Of a stretch of 64,000 bases of DNA, positions 30,061 through 38,717 are shown piece by piece. Under the pieces are notes generated by a model that worked only from the letters and a program-made list of their open reading frames with translations, did not search any database and had not been told where the DNA came from. The translations under genes were made by a program, and so were the position numbers. Numbering within the stretch: the first letter of the stretch is position 1; each line of letters begins with the position of its first letter. This DNA comes from an uncultured Planctomycetia bacterium (lineage in GTDB: Bacteria > Omnitrophota > Gorgyraeia > Duberdicusellales > 4484-171), in the NCBI GenBank assembly GCA_964635565.1, contig CAZWON010000005.1, positions 17,736 through 81,735 on the forward strand, given 5' to 3'.

Positions 30061-32445
30061 TTACCGAGCGCCTCTTTTCCTCCTTTTCCTTAAACCTACA
30101 AAAAGAAACTTTGGCTTAAACCACCACACAAATACAGGAACCATAACCAAAGAAATTATCATATTAAGTATCAATGCTATGCATAAATTAAGTCCCATCT
30201 GGGCCTGGAATCTTATAGAAGAAAATATCCACACTACTATCCCTAAAGAGACTACAAATCCACTAAAAAAAACAGCTTTACCACTGGTAATAAGTGTATA
30301 AAGAAGGATGTTCTTGTAAGTTCTGCGTTTATTACGCATCTCATCAAAAAGACGCGCCAACACATAAATCCCATAATTTATCCCCAATCCTTCACTTAAT
30401 GAAACTAAAGGCAACATTTCTGTTGTAATAGATAAACCCACAAATCCTAAGATAGCAAAAACAAACAAGTTACTTAAAAGAAGAGGTAGAATGAGAATTA
30501 CTCCTGCTAGATAAGAACGATAGATAAAACTTACATAAAGAAAAATAAGAAGTGAAATAAATACTGCATTGGGAATTATTGTCCTTTTTATGATGTCGTT
30601 AATAGCATACAGTATTCCTATATCTCCTCCTCCATAATGAAATTCCATATTCTTAAATTTATGCATCGCAAAAAAATTACGTGTTTTTTTAACTGCTTTC
30701 TTAACCGTAGAAGATTTATGGTTGCGAAAATCAAATTTTATATTACAAAACTTCTCATCTCTAGATATAAGATGATCGTAATCCGAAGGGAATCCGCTTA
30801 ATGTGTATAAGAACCAATATTGAGCAATTGTATCGTCCCTTTCCGGAATCTTAAAATAATCACCTCTTCCTTCAAACATAAACATATTAAGCCCCTTGAT
30901 AGCATTAACTATGGAAAAAGCCGAGCCTGCTTCGGGAACTTCTTTTAACAGATAATTTTGAAAGGAATCAATTGCTCTTAACTTATCCACTTTAAGAAGT
31001 GAGTCTTCTGACTCAACAAAAATGTAATATGAATTGGTCCCTCCAAAATTCTTATTAATAAATGTCTCAGCTCTGTTGTAAGGGCTATAAGGATATAGAT
31101 AACTTGTGCCCTCAGTATTATCACCAATAATAACTCTTTTAATCCCAAAAAGAGCAACAAAAGAGAGAATAATAAAAATAATAACAAGAACTGTCCCTGC
31201 CTTTTTATTTAAAGAAAAAATACTTATTTTTGTAAGAATATTATCCACCCAAAGATGTTGTTCTTCCTTCTTAACCTCAATCACTTTTGGCCGTCTTAAG
31301 AAAGAAAGCACACAGGGAGTAAACATAAAAGAAGTAAAGAAATTTGCCAAAATTCCTAATCCCGAAGCAAATGCCATACTCCTTATAGTAGGCAGGGGCA
31401 CAAAAGCAAGAGAAAGAAAACCAAATCCATCAGTAAAAACACAGGCAATTCCCGGTAAAAACAGATGTGCCATAGTATTAACAATAGCGTGTTTACTTTT
31501 CATCTGGGGACTATGCATTTCTTCATAGTAACGTTTTAATGTATGCACAGAATGGCTTATTCCTAAAGAAAGAACAATAAAAGGTACTAAAATTGTGGAA
31601 GGGTCAAGACGTAAACCAAGTAATCTCATCATCCCCATTCCCCACAGACAAGCCATGGAAGAATCAAGAAGAGGAAGAATTACTCCTCGCTTGGAGCGAA
31701 ATGTAAAATAAAGAATAACGGAAATAACCAAAAAACTTAACCCTAAAATTTTAAACATCCTTGGCAGATAAAAGTTAAGCCATCCTTCTAAAATAACACG
31801 ACCAGCAATGTAGATTCGTGTATTTTTATCTTCGTATTTTTTTTTAAGACGCGTTAGTTCCTTAAAAATATATGAGGTTTTAGCTTGAGAATTAAAATCT
31901 GCATAAATAAGTGTACTCTTAAAATCACGCGATACCATTTTAGGATAAACATTAGGGTTACTTACCACCTTTTTCTTAAACTCCTCCATCTCGGCCTGCG
32001 TCTGAGGGGGAATCCTCAATAATCTTTCTACAAAAAAACCTTCCTCATTTGCCACAACATGTTTTATATGACGGGAAGCAATAGAGTTTATTCGGGAAAT
32101 GTTTATGTCCTCTATAAGATATAAATCTTCAGTAAAAGAAATGAGTTTCTCTAGAAACTTGCTATTGAAGATATCACCTTCTTTTACCTCCAAGGCAATG
32201 GAAACCTGATTAAGACCGCCGAATATCTCCGTAAGGCGATTCTGCACATCAATAAAAGGATGGTGTTGTGGGAGAAAATCCTCAAGGTGGGTTTCTATCT
32301 TTATATCTTTAAGAACACTTACAAAGAAAGCAGTAATAAAAATAAATACAACTATCACATAAATCCGAAAATGGACTATCTTCCTTGCCAATTTATACTG
32401 CCAACTTGTAATAAGTCCTCTTTTCACCTTTATACTCCAAACCAC
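30061..32445 (-). CDS. MMPL/RND-family lipid transporter
   Basis: Two repeats of TM + periplasmic domain + 5 TM; FGG motifs, SLGISHSVH, GLGINYGIY, TSGKAVFFS. Confidence 0.9.
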   Translation of the reverse strand: MVWSIKVKRGLITSWQYKLARKIVHFRIYVIVVFIFITAFFVSVLKDIKIETHLEDFLPQHHPFIDVQNRLTEIFGGLNQVSIALEVKEGDIFNSKFLEKLISFTEDLYLIEDINISRINSIASRHIKHVVANEEGFFVERLLRIPPQTQAEMEEFKKKVVSNPNVYPKMVSRDFKSTLIYADFNSQAKTSYIFKELTRLKKKYEDKNTRIYIAGRVILEGWLNFYLPRMFKILGLSFLVISVILYFTFRSKRGVILPLLDSSMACLWGMGMMRLLGLRLDPSTILVPFIVLSLGISHSVHTLKRYYEEMHSPQMKSKHAIVNTMAHLFLPGIACVFTDGFGFLSLAFVPLPTIRSMAFASGLGILANFFTSFMFTPCVLSFLRRPKVIEVKKEEQHLWVDNILTKISIFSLNKKAGTVLVIIFIILSFVALFGIKRVIIGDNTEGTSYLYPYSPYNRAETFINKNFGGTNSYYIFVESEDSLLKVDKLRAIDSFQNYLLKEVPEAGSAFSIVNAIKGLNMFMFEGRGDYFKIPERDDTIAQYWFLYTLSGFPSDYDHLISRDEKFCNIKFDFRNHKSSTVKKAVKKTRNFFAMHKFKNMEFHYGGGDIGILYAINDIIKRTIIPNAVFISLLIFLYVSFIYRSYLAGVILILPLLLSNLFVFAILGFVGLSITTEMLPLVSLSEGLGINYGIYVLARLFDEMRNKRRTYKNILLYTLITSGKAVFFSGFVVSLGIVVWIFSSIRFQAQMGLNLCIALILNMIISLVMVPVFVWWFKPKFLFVGLRKRRKRGAR

Positions 32446-33863
32446 CCCTCAACAGGGTTACTCGATAACCCTATGCCAATATGCTTTGGCTGAACATATT
32501 CCATAAATCCTTCAACTCCTAAATTTCTTCCCCATCCACTTAAACGCGTTCCTCCAAAAGGCGTCTGAGGTGAAATCTGTGCAAATGTGTTTATCCATAC
32601 TGTCCCGTAAGAAACTTCTTCTGCAAGGTGATAAGCACGCTTGGCATCCTGCGTCCATATTTGTAAAACTAACCCTGTAGGATTTTCTTCAATAACTTTT
32701 TCTACCTCCTCAACTTTAAATTTTTTAACTAAAAGAACTGGCGCAAAAAACTCATCATAAACTATTTGTTCTACCTCAATTACTGTCGGAGAAAAGTAAT
32801 ACCCTTTCTGTTCTAATACTTTCCCTCCGCAGAGAACTTTTCCGCCTTTTTTAACTATTTCTTTTATGTGTCTATTCACAGAAAAAAGGTGCTCTTTTGA
32901 TATAAGTGGCCCCATACCGCTAGTAGGGTCAAAAGGGTCGCCAACTTTTATACGTTTTACCTTATCAATAAACTTATCAATGAACTCGTCATAAATATCT
33001 TCCTCAATAAGAGCAAGGCTTGTTCCAATACACATCTGTCCCTGTTTCATGAAAGAAGATGCTAAAAGAGTATCCATCGCCCTTTTCGTATCTGCATCGG
33101 AATAAATTAAAGTTAGATTAGCACCACCAAGCTCACATATAATTTTCTTAGGATAAGAAGAAGAATAAGAAACTATTCTTTTTAGAGTTTCTCTTGAACC
33201 CGTAAAAGAAATCAAATCAATATTACTTGAGGCAAGGAACTTACCTGTTATTTCTCCTCTTCCTGTAATCACGTTTATCAATCCAGAAGGAAAATCAAGC
33301 TTATCCAGATGCCTCACCAACTCAAGCAAAGAAAGTGAAGCCCATTCAGAAGGCTTAATAATCAGCGCATTCCCTCCAGCAAGTGCAGCAGCGCAACTAA
33401 ATCCAAAAATCATAAGAGGAACATTAAAAGGAAGATAAACTCCACAAACACCATAAGGTTCATACCTTATAATATCTATGCCAGTATCAGTCTTTAATGT
33501 TCGTGTTTCCAAAGTTTCCAAGAGAGAAGCATAGTAATTAAAACATTCAGCCCCTAAAGGAACATCCACAAACAAAGACTCTTTATATGGCTTGCCAATT
33601 TCTTTTGTTTCAAGTTCTGCAAGCAGAGAAAGATTACTCAGCATAACCTTAGCGATCTCACGTAAGAGTCCTGCCCGTTCTTTAAAAGAAGTTTTATGCC
33701 ACTTTCTCTGTGACTGTCTTGCTATCTTCACTGCTCTCTTTATATCTTTGTCGTCTGCCTCATAAAAGGAAGCAAAGACTTTTTCTGTAGCAGGATTTAC
33801 AACTTTTATGTTTTCTTTTCCTTCTCTAAACTCTCCTCCTACATAAAATCTATATTCTTCCAT
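32430..33863 (-). CDS. NAD(P)-dependent aldehyde dehydrogenase (divergent)
   Basis: VVNPAT, PFNVP, IIKPSE, FTGS, ELGG, GQMC (catalytic Cys), PFGGTRLSGWGR. Confidence 0.93.
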   Translation of the reverse strand: MEEYRFYVGGEFREGKENIKVVNPATEKVFASFYEADDKDIKRAVKIARQSQRKWHKTSFKERAGLLREIAKVMLSNLSLLAELETKEIGKPYKESLFVDVPLGAECFNYYASLLETLETRTLKTDTGIDIIRYEPYGVCGVYLPFNVPLMIFGFSCAAALAGGNALIIKPSEWASLSLLELVRHLDKLDFPSGLINVITGRGEITGKFLASSNIDLISFTGSRETLKRIVSYSSSYPKKIICELGGANLTLIYSDADTKRAMDTLLASSFMKQGQMCIGTSLALIEEDIYDEFIDKFIDKVKRIKVGDPFDPTSGMGPLISKEHLFSVNRHIKEIVKKGGKVLCGGKVLEQKGYYFSPTVIEVEQIVYDEFFAPVLLVKKFKVEEVEKVIEENPTGLVLQIWTQDAKRAYHLAEEVSYGTVWINTFAQISPQTPFGGTRLSGWGRNLGVEGFMEYVQPKHIGIGLSSNPVEGWFGV

Positions 33864-33876
33864 ATCCCTTCCTATA

Positions 33877-33996
33877 TAGCTCCTGGCTCTTAGCTCATAG
33901 CTGTTAGTCCTTAATCTGAATCTTTATATTTACTTTACTATTAGCTAACAACTATAAGCTAATTTCTATTCGCTATCCATTAGGCACCATACGCTA
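33877..33996. repeat. Inverted pair of 7-mer arrays (TAGCTCA-type / CTATAAG-type)
   Basis: tagctcc tggctct tagctca tagctgt tagtcct ... ctattag ctaacaa ctataag ctaattt ctattcg ctatcca ttaggca ccatacg cta. Confidence 0.7.
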
Positions 33997-34980
33997 CTTA
34001 ACTGGTGCCTGCTCCCATAATTTAAAAGTACGTACCAAAACCGGGTACCACTTGCTCATCTTAGTAAAATCACCTTTTGTCTTCACCTTACCCTGCGTTG
34101 ACGCAACAAAGGGATCAATTTGACGGTTAAATATTTTCTTTAACATGCTATATTTACCTGCTATTACAAACTCAGCATTCTCATCTGTATCAGTCTTTAT
34201 AATCTTACCATCCTTATAATGGAAACAGACGCAAGTGCCATTATCAGTATCTTTAACTGCCAGAGTGCAAGTAAGTCCGTACTTTTTGCCTAACTCCTGC
34301 GCTTCTCTATCGCTATTTACCAGCTCAACTAATCTCTCAATATGCCCCTTTGATAATAACTCATACTTATTAACCTTTTTAAAATCCGCCTCTTCTTTCT
34401 TATCCATCCCCTCACCGCTAATCGCTATACGCTTAATAAAAAGATTCACTTTCGCCTGCTCCTCTAAAAGCTCAATCAAACTAAATGCCTCTTTAAAATC
34501 TGCACCCACAGATACTACTCCGTGTTGACTTAAAACCACAATGTTAGAGTTCTCAAGTTCTTTTAACACCGGCTCTACATCTGTAACTGTAGGGGTATCT
34601 TGAGGAATCGCCTTTATATTACCAAGATAGAACTTTGCTTCAAAGGAGAAAACATCAAGCTTATCAAAATAGTAAAAAAGGGCTGTTGTGTAAGGAGAGT
34701 GTGCGTGAATTATAACTTTTGCTTCAGGAAACTTCTCATGGATACTTAAATGTAATTTTCCTTCACTGGTGACTGTGTTTGTTCCTTCTAAAATCTTACC
34801 TTTATTATCGATAAGTAAAATATCACTATTCTTAAGCTCTCCTAAATAACAATCATGGGAAGTTATAAGTATCCCTTTATCAACTTTTAAGGAGATATTC
34901 CCACTTCGGGCGGTAACAAACCCTTTTTCATTTAGTTTCTTAGCCCAGTAAATTAACATGCTCTTCTCTTCTTCATACAT
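33994..34980 (-). CDS. Class II aldolase/adducin domain fused to an SCP2 sterol-carrier-like domain (start moved to ATG 34980)
   Basis: SGNIS, TSEGKLH, IIHAHSPY, SQHGVV; C-terminal EFVIAG...IDPFVASTQGKVKTKGD; SD AGGAGG. Confidence 0.85.
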   Translation of the reverse strand: MYEEEKSMLIYWAKKLNEKGFVTARSGNISLKVDKGILITSHDCYLGELKNSDILLIDNKGKILEGTNTVTSEGKLHLSIHEKFPEAKVIIHAHSPYTTALFYYFDKLDVFSFEAKFYLGNIKAIPQDTPTVTDVEPVLKELENSNIVVLSQHGVVSVGADFKEAFSLIELLEEQAKVNLFIKRIAISGEGMDKKEEADFKKVNKYELLSKGHIERLVELVNSDREAQELGKKYGLTCTLAVKDTDNGTCVCFHYKDGKIIKTDTDENAEFVIAGKYSMLKKIFNRQIDPFVASTQGKVKTKGDFTKMSKWYPVLVRTFKLWEQAPVK

Positions 34981-35455
34981 TTTGTGCCTCCTTAATAAAA
35001 CTTTTCTCAATTAATTCATCTTCAGCATCCTCTACAAAGGGTAGATCTTTTTCTAACACAAATAATTTACCCTCCAATGTAGAGGCATTTCTATCAGAAA
35101 TATCATCGAATTTTCCTTGGGGTATAAATTTAACCTCTATGTTATGCAATTTACTTAAAAGATATACATACAAACTCCCCGCGGGAGATAAAAATCCCTC
35201 TTTATTCTTTTGCTTATAAAATATAAAAGTATATTTTATTTTACCCTCTCTAAAAAGAACGCCTAACATATTATCCGTACAATAAAAATAAGGGATCTTT
35301 TCCTTATTAAGCAAAATTAAATTGTGCTTTAATCCATAAAGGTAAGGACGACATTCTGCGGCCACCACACACTCTTCATTTTTTAAAGCATCTACCGCTT
35401 TTTTACTTAAAACTCCCCAGATAAGGACAGATTTTTTTATCTGTGCAATCTTCAC
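34973..35455 (-). CDS. Truncated MtnA/IF-2B-like protein (C-terminal domain only)
   Basis: AAECRPYLYG, CTDNMLG, AGSLYV..L..LHNI echo ETRPxLQG, ICDN and GTY..A of the neighbouring gene; GTGA-coupled. Confidence 0.65.
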   Translation of the reverse strand: MKIAQIKKSVLIWGVLSKKAVDALKNEECVVAAECRPYLYGLKHNLILLNKEKIPYFYCTDNMLGVLFREGKIKYTFIFYKQKNKEGFLSPAGSLYVYLLSKLHNIEVKFIPQGKFDDISDRNASTLEGKLFVLEKDLPFVEDAEDELIEKSFIKEAQNV

Positions 35456-36354
35456 CGGTCTAAAATATTAATTTGTTTACTGATTAAATCAAATCTTACC
35501 ACATCAAAAGAAGGGTACACTGCATCTATCTGTGAATAATTGCCTTCTAAAAACATAAACACTTCTATAGGAGCACGCTCTTCGATTTTAATACGCTGTA
35601 TATCAATATCTTTAGGATACTGAACTAATGCATAAAAAGGTATCCTGAAATATTTTGCCAATCTGGCTAAGCTATATGTACCCACTTTGTTAATAATATC
35701 TCCTTGTATTACCGCTCTATCTGCGCCAGTTACCACACAATTTACTTTCTTCTCCTTCATTAACTGTGCTACCTGGTTATCGCAGATTAAATAAACAGGG
35801 ATATTATTTTTTCTTAACTCCCAGAAGGTAAGCCGTGTTCCCTGTAAATAAGGCCGGGTTTCCGAAACATAGAATAAGCAACTTTTGTTCATCTTCTGTA
35901 GCTCCTGGTAAAGATAAATTAATTCTCCGTTGACATTACAGATAGTTAAGATTTTAGGAAAAGAGGGTAAAATATCGGCTAATTTCTTAGCTCTTTTTCT
36001 TCTTAAACTATCAAACCTCTTAATAAAATTATCTACTGCCTCTGGGATAGTTTTTGTCTTCTGGGCCTCTTTCTTAACTAACTCGGCTAAAAATTCAAAA
36101 GCAAAAGTAGGCCTTACTTTTTTAAACTCCTTAGATAAATGCTGAGGTGAATATTCTTTAAAGAAAACGCAACTATAAAAAAATAAAAGCACTTGCCCAA
36201 AAGCACGTGTTTTCATGCTCCCTAGAACCCCTAAAGCCTGTTTTAAACTTTCTACCTCTATATAATCTTCTCTAAAGGGAAGCAAGCTTTCGTCAAGAAC
36301 AAGAATTTTCTCATCTTTTAACTTTACAGGAAATAGAAGCGGAGAATTAAACAT
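35452..36354 (-). CDS. Methylthioribose-1-phosphate isomerase-like (MtnA/IF-2B family), divergent
   Basis: LDESLLP, RPT, LTICN, ETRPYLQGTRLT.WEL, GADR, NKVGTY.LA, IEER, P.FD. Confidence 0.87.
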   Translation of the reverse strand: MFNSPLLFPVKLKDEKILVLDESLLPFREDYIEVESLKQALGVLGSMKTRAFGQVLLFFYSCVFFKEYSPQHLSKEFKKVRPTFAFEFLAELVKKEAQKTKTIPEAVDNFIKRFDSLRRKRAKKLADILPSFPKILTICNVNGELIYLYQELQKMNKSCLFYVSETRPYLQGTRLTFWELRKNNIPVYLICDNQVAQLMKEKKVNCVVTGADRAVIQGDIINKVGTYSLARLAKYFRIPFYALVQYPKDIDIQRIKIEERAPIEVFMFLEGNYSQIDAVYPSFDVVRFDLISKQINILDR

Positions 36355-37087
36355 TTAACTCCTTAATTAATTTAAAGATAGCCTTAACCATCTTTTCCTC
36401 TGCCTCAAATAATCTAAAATCAGTAAATCCCAATTCTCCTGTAATTAAATTATCAGAAACAACTAAAACAATAGCGGTTTTTCTCTTATATAAGTTCGCT
36501 ACTGTAACAAAAGGACTGGTTACCATATCCACTGCAATTGCTCCTTTTTCAATATATGAATTAACTATCTCTTTCGTCTCCCGAAAAAGAGCATCTGTTG
36601 TCCAGATACCTCCTGTATGGACCTGCCCTATAGAAGAAAAAATCTCTACAAGGTGTTTAGTAACTTCTTTATCTACAGAAGGCGAAAAATCATCGTCTAC
36701 ATAGTAACGTGTTGCCCCGTCTCCTCTTAAGACCTTATCGGCAACCACAAAATCACCAATAGATATATCTTCTCTTAACGCACCGCATGAACCTAACCGC
36801 ACAAGAACCTCAACGCCTGCCACACATAGAAGTTCTGTAACAAAAGCCGAATCAGGAGCATAAAAACCACCGTTACCAACAGTAATTCTTTTGCCTTTAT
36901 AAAATCCTGTCCAGAAAGTGTAACTTAAAAAAGTAAAATTTTTTACGGGTTTTTCTAAATAATCAAGGCACATCTTAGCACGCTGTGCCTGTCCACTTAC
37001 CAAAGCAATCTTACCAAAATTTCCCTCTTTAAACTGCAAGGACTTAAGCAAATCCTCTGGTCTTAAATGCACATCTCTTTGCATCAT
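36347..37087 (-). CDS. Nucleoside phosphorylase (PNP/UDP family; start moved to ATG 37087)
   Basis: G.YKGK.ITV, RLGSCGAL, RGDGAT..Y, WTTDALFRET, GAIAVDM, VVSDNL; SD AGGAG. Confidence 0.88.
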   Translation of the reverse strand: MMQRDVHLRPEDLLKSLQFKEGNFGKIALVSGQAQRAKMCLDYLEKPVKNFTFLSYTFWTGFYKGKRITVGNGGFYAPDSAFVTELLCVAGVEVLVRLGSCGALREDISIGDFVVADKVLRGDGATRYYVDDDFSPSVDKEVTKHLVEIFSSIGQVHTGGIWTTDALFRETKEIVNSYIEKGAIAVDMVTSPFVTVANLYKRKTAIVLVVSDNLITGELGFTDFRLFEAEEKMVKAIFKLIKELNV

Positions 37088-37104
37088 TGTTATTCTCCTA
37101 TTTT

Positions 37105-37188
37105 TATACACAGATTAACACAGAAAAATGTACAGAGAACCACAGATACTTGCGTTCATCTGCTTTAATCTGTGGAAATCTGTGTATA
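37105..37188. repeat. ACACAGAT 10-mer inverted-repeat element, copy 1
   Basis: TATACACAGATT...AATCTGTGTATA termini; four ACAGA units face reverse ATCTG units. Confidence 0.8.
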
Positions 37189-38658
37189 TCAAACGTACAA
37201 CTCTTTATGCGAAGATGCCTTCTCAAATCGTGAGATATTCTCTATATAGGAACGAAAACAGAGCTTAACATAGGGATGATAAATTTTTGAGTACATAATT
37301 CGCTCCACTCTTCCTGGTTTGGAGTAAAATTCACGCAATGCCCAAGCCCCTAACCTACCAACTTCCTCAACAGAAAGGTGCTTTGTAGGCACAACAGGAT
37401 GATGAAAATCCCACATCTTTAGGTCGTCGAATTTTACCCATTCCCTTTCTACATATTCTTTCCATATCGGCGCACCTGGCATAGGCGTTAAATACTGTAA
37501 AGCACAAATATCTGGGTCAATCCTATCTACAACCTCAAATCGTTTCTTTATCTTATACTCATCATCATTCTCAAACCCCATCATCCACGTTAAAACCGTA
37601 GCAATACCAGCTTCTTTCAATTTGGCAATAGTCTCTTCTACTTGCTCCACAGTTATGCCTTTGCCCAGTTCTTTTAACTCCTCGTCTGTGGCAACCTCAA
37701 TTCCTGCCAAAGCCAAAAAACAACCCGCCTCTTTCATCTTAGGGAACAAATCAATATCCCTTAAATAGTAAGGCGCCCTTCCTAAAAAACACCAATGAAT
37801 TTTTTTATTCAATGTGCATTTCATCATCCCATCAAGAAATTCCTCTATTCTCCGACGAGAGGTGTTAAAACAATCGTCCATCATAGTAACAACTCTTACT
37901 CCAAACTTCTCATAAAGAAGCTCTAACTCATCGACAACGAGTTTCCCGCTTCTTGCCCTAAAAAACTTTAAATCAGCGTTTCCCCGTGGATCAAACTGTG
38001 ACCACTCGTAACAAAATCTACACCCTGCTGGACACCCTCGTGAATTCCACGTTTCCACATAGTTCTTCCAATAATCATGGCCAACATATCTATCCATAGG
38101 GAATAAATCATATGCGGGTATAGGCAACTCATCTAAATCAGTAATTAGACTACGATATTCAGTTAAAATAATCTCTCCATCTTTCCGAAAAGCAACTCCT
38201 TTGACTTGCTCTATATTTCTTCCTTCTGTAAGCGCCTCAACTAATTCTACAAAACTATAATCGTGCTCTCCTACAATACAGTAATCTATCCAAGGATTGC
38301 GCTCCAAGATTTCAGATGACGCAGAAGCATAAACCAACCCCGAGGCAATAATTGCTGTTTCCGGTAGCTTCTCCTTAACAAGACGTGCTGCCTGATTGTA
38401 CCTATACACAACTGCTGCCCCGCCCGTTGTGTGAAGAATATCACCAATGTGAATAATTTCCGGCTTGATTTTTACTACCTCTTCCACCATTCTCCTCTCA
38501 TCAAGCTCTAATGCCCGACAGTCTAAAACTTGTAATTTATAGTCGGAGTGTTTCTCTCTTAATAATCCTGCTAATTGAGCTTGACCAATATTAGGGGCCC
38601 GATGTTTCCCCCATGTTGACCATGCTCCTAAGGGCGGTTGTAGAAATAACACCTTCAT
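37189..38658 (-). CDS. Cobalamin-binding radical SAM enzyme (class B/BchE-like architecture)
   Basis: N-terminal B12-binding domain (MKVLFLQPP...IVGEHD), LPIPAYDL, SRGCPAGCRFC, DDCF, GIEV, LTPMPG. Confidence 0.9.
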   Translation of the reverse strand: MKVLFLQPPLGAWSTWGKHRAPNIGQAQLAGLLREKHSDYKLQVLDCRALELDERRMVEEVVKIKPEIIHIGDILHTTGGAAVVYRYNQAARLVKEKLPETAIIASGLVYASASSEILERNPWIDYCIVGEHDYSFVELVEALTEGRNIEQVKGVAFRKDGEIILTEYRSLITDLDELPIPAYDLFPMDRYVGHDYWKNYVETWNSRGCPAGCRFCYEWSQFDPRGNADLKFFRARSGKLVVDELELLYEKFGVRVVTMMDDCFNTSRRRIEEFLDGMMKCTLNKKIHWCFLGRAPYYLRDIDLFPKMKEAGCFLALAGIEVATDEELKELGKGITVEQVEETIAKLKEAGIATVLTWMMGFENDDEYKIKKRFEVVDRIDPDICALQYLTPMPGAPIWKEYVEREWVKFDDLKMWDFHHPVVPTKHLSVEEVGRLGAWALREFYSKPGRVERIMYSKIYHPYVKLCFRSYIENISRFEKASSHKELYV

Positions 38659-38717
38659 ATACCTCTGCCTCCTCCCCCTAACCTATAACCTATTATTTCT
38701 CAATTAATTATCGAGGG

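Noticed and set aside
33994-36354. Calling the cluster canonical methionine salvage (mtnA/mtnB)
   Set aside because: No mtnK/mtnC/mtnD/mtnW here, motifs are divergent and the aldolase carries an SCP2-like domain.
37189-38658. Calling the radical SAM bchE or hpnP/hpnJ
   Set aside because: No photosynthesis or squalene/hopene genes in the window; only the general architecture is shared.
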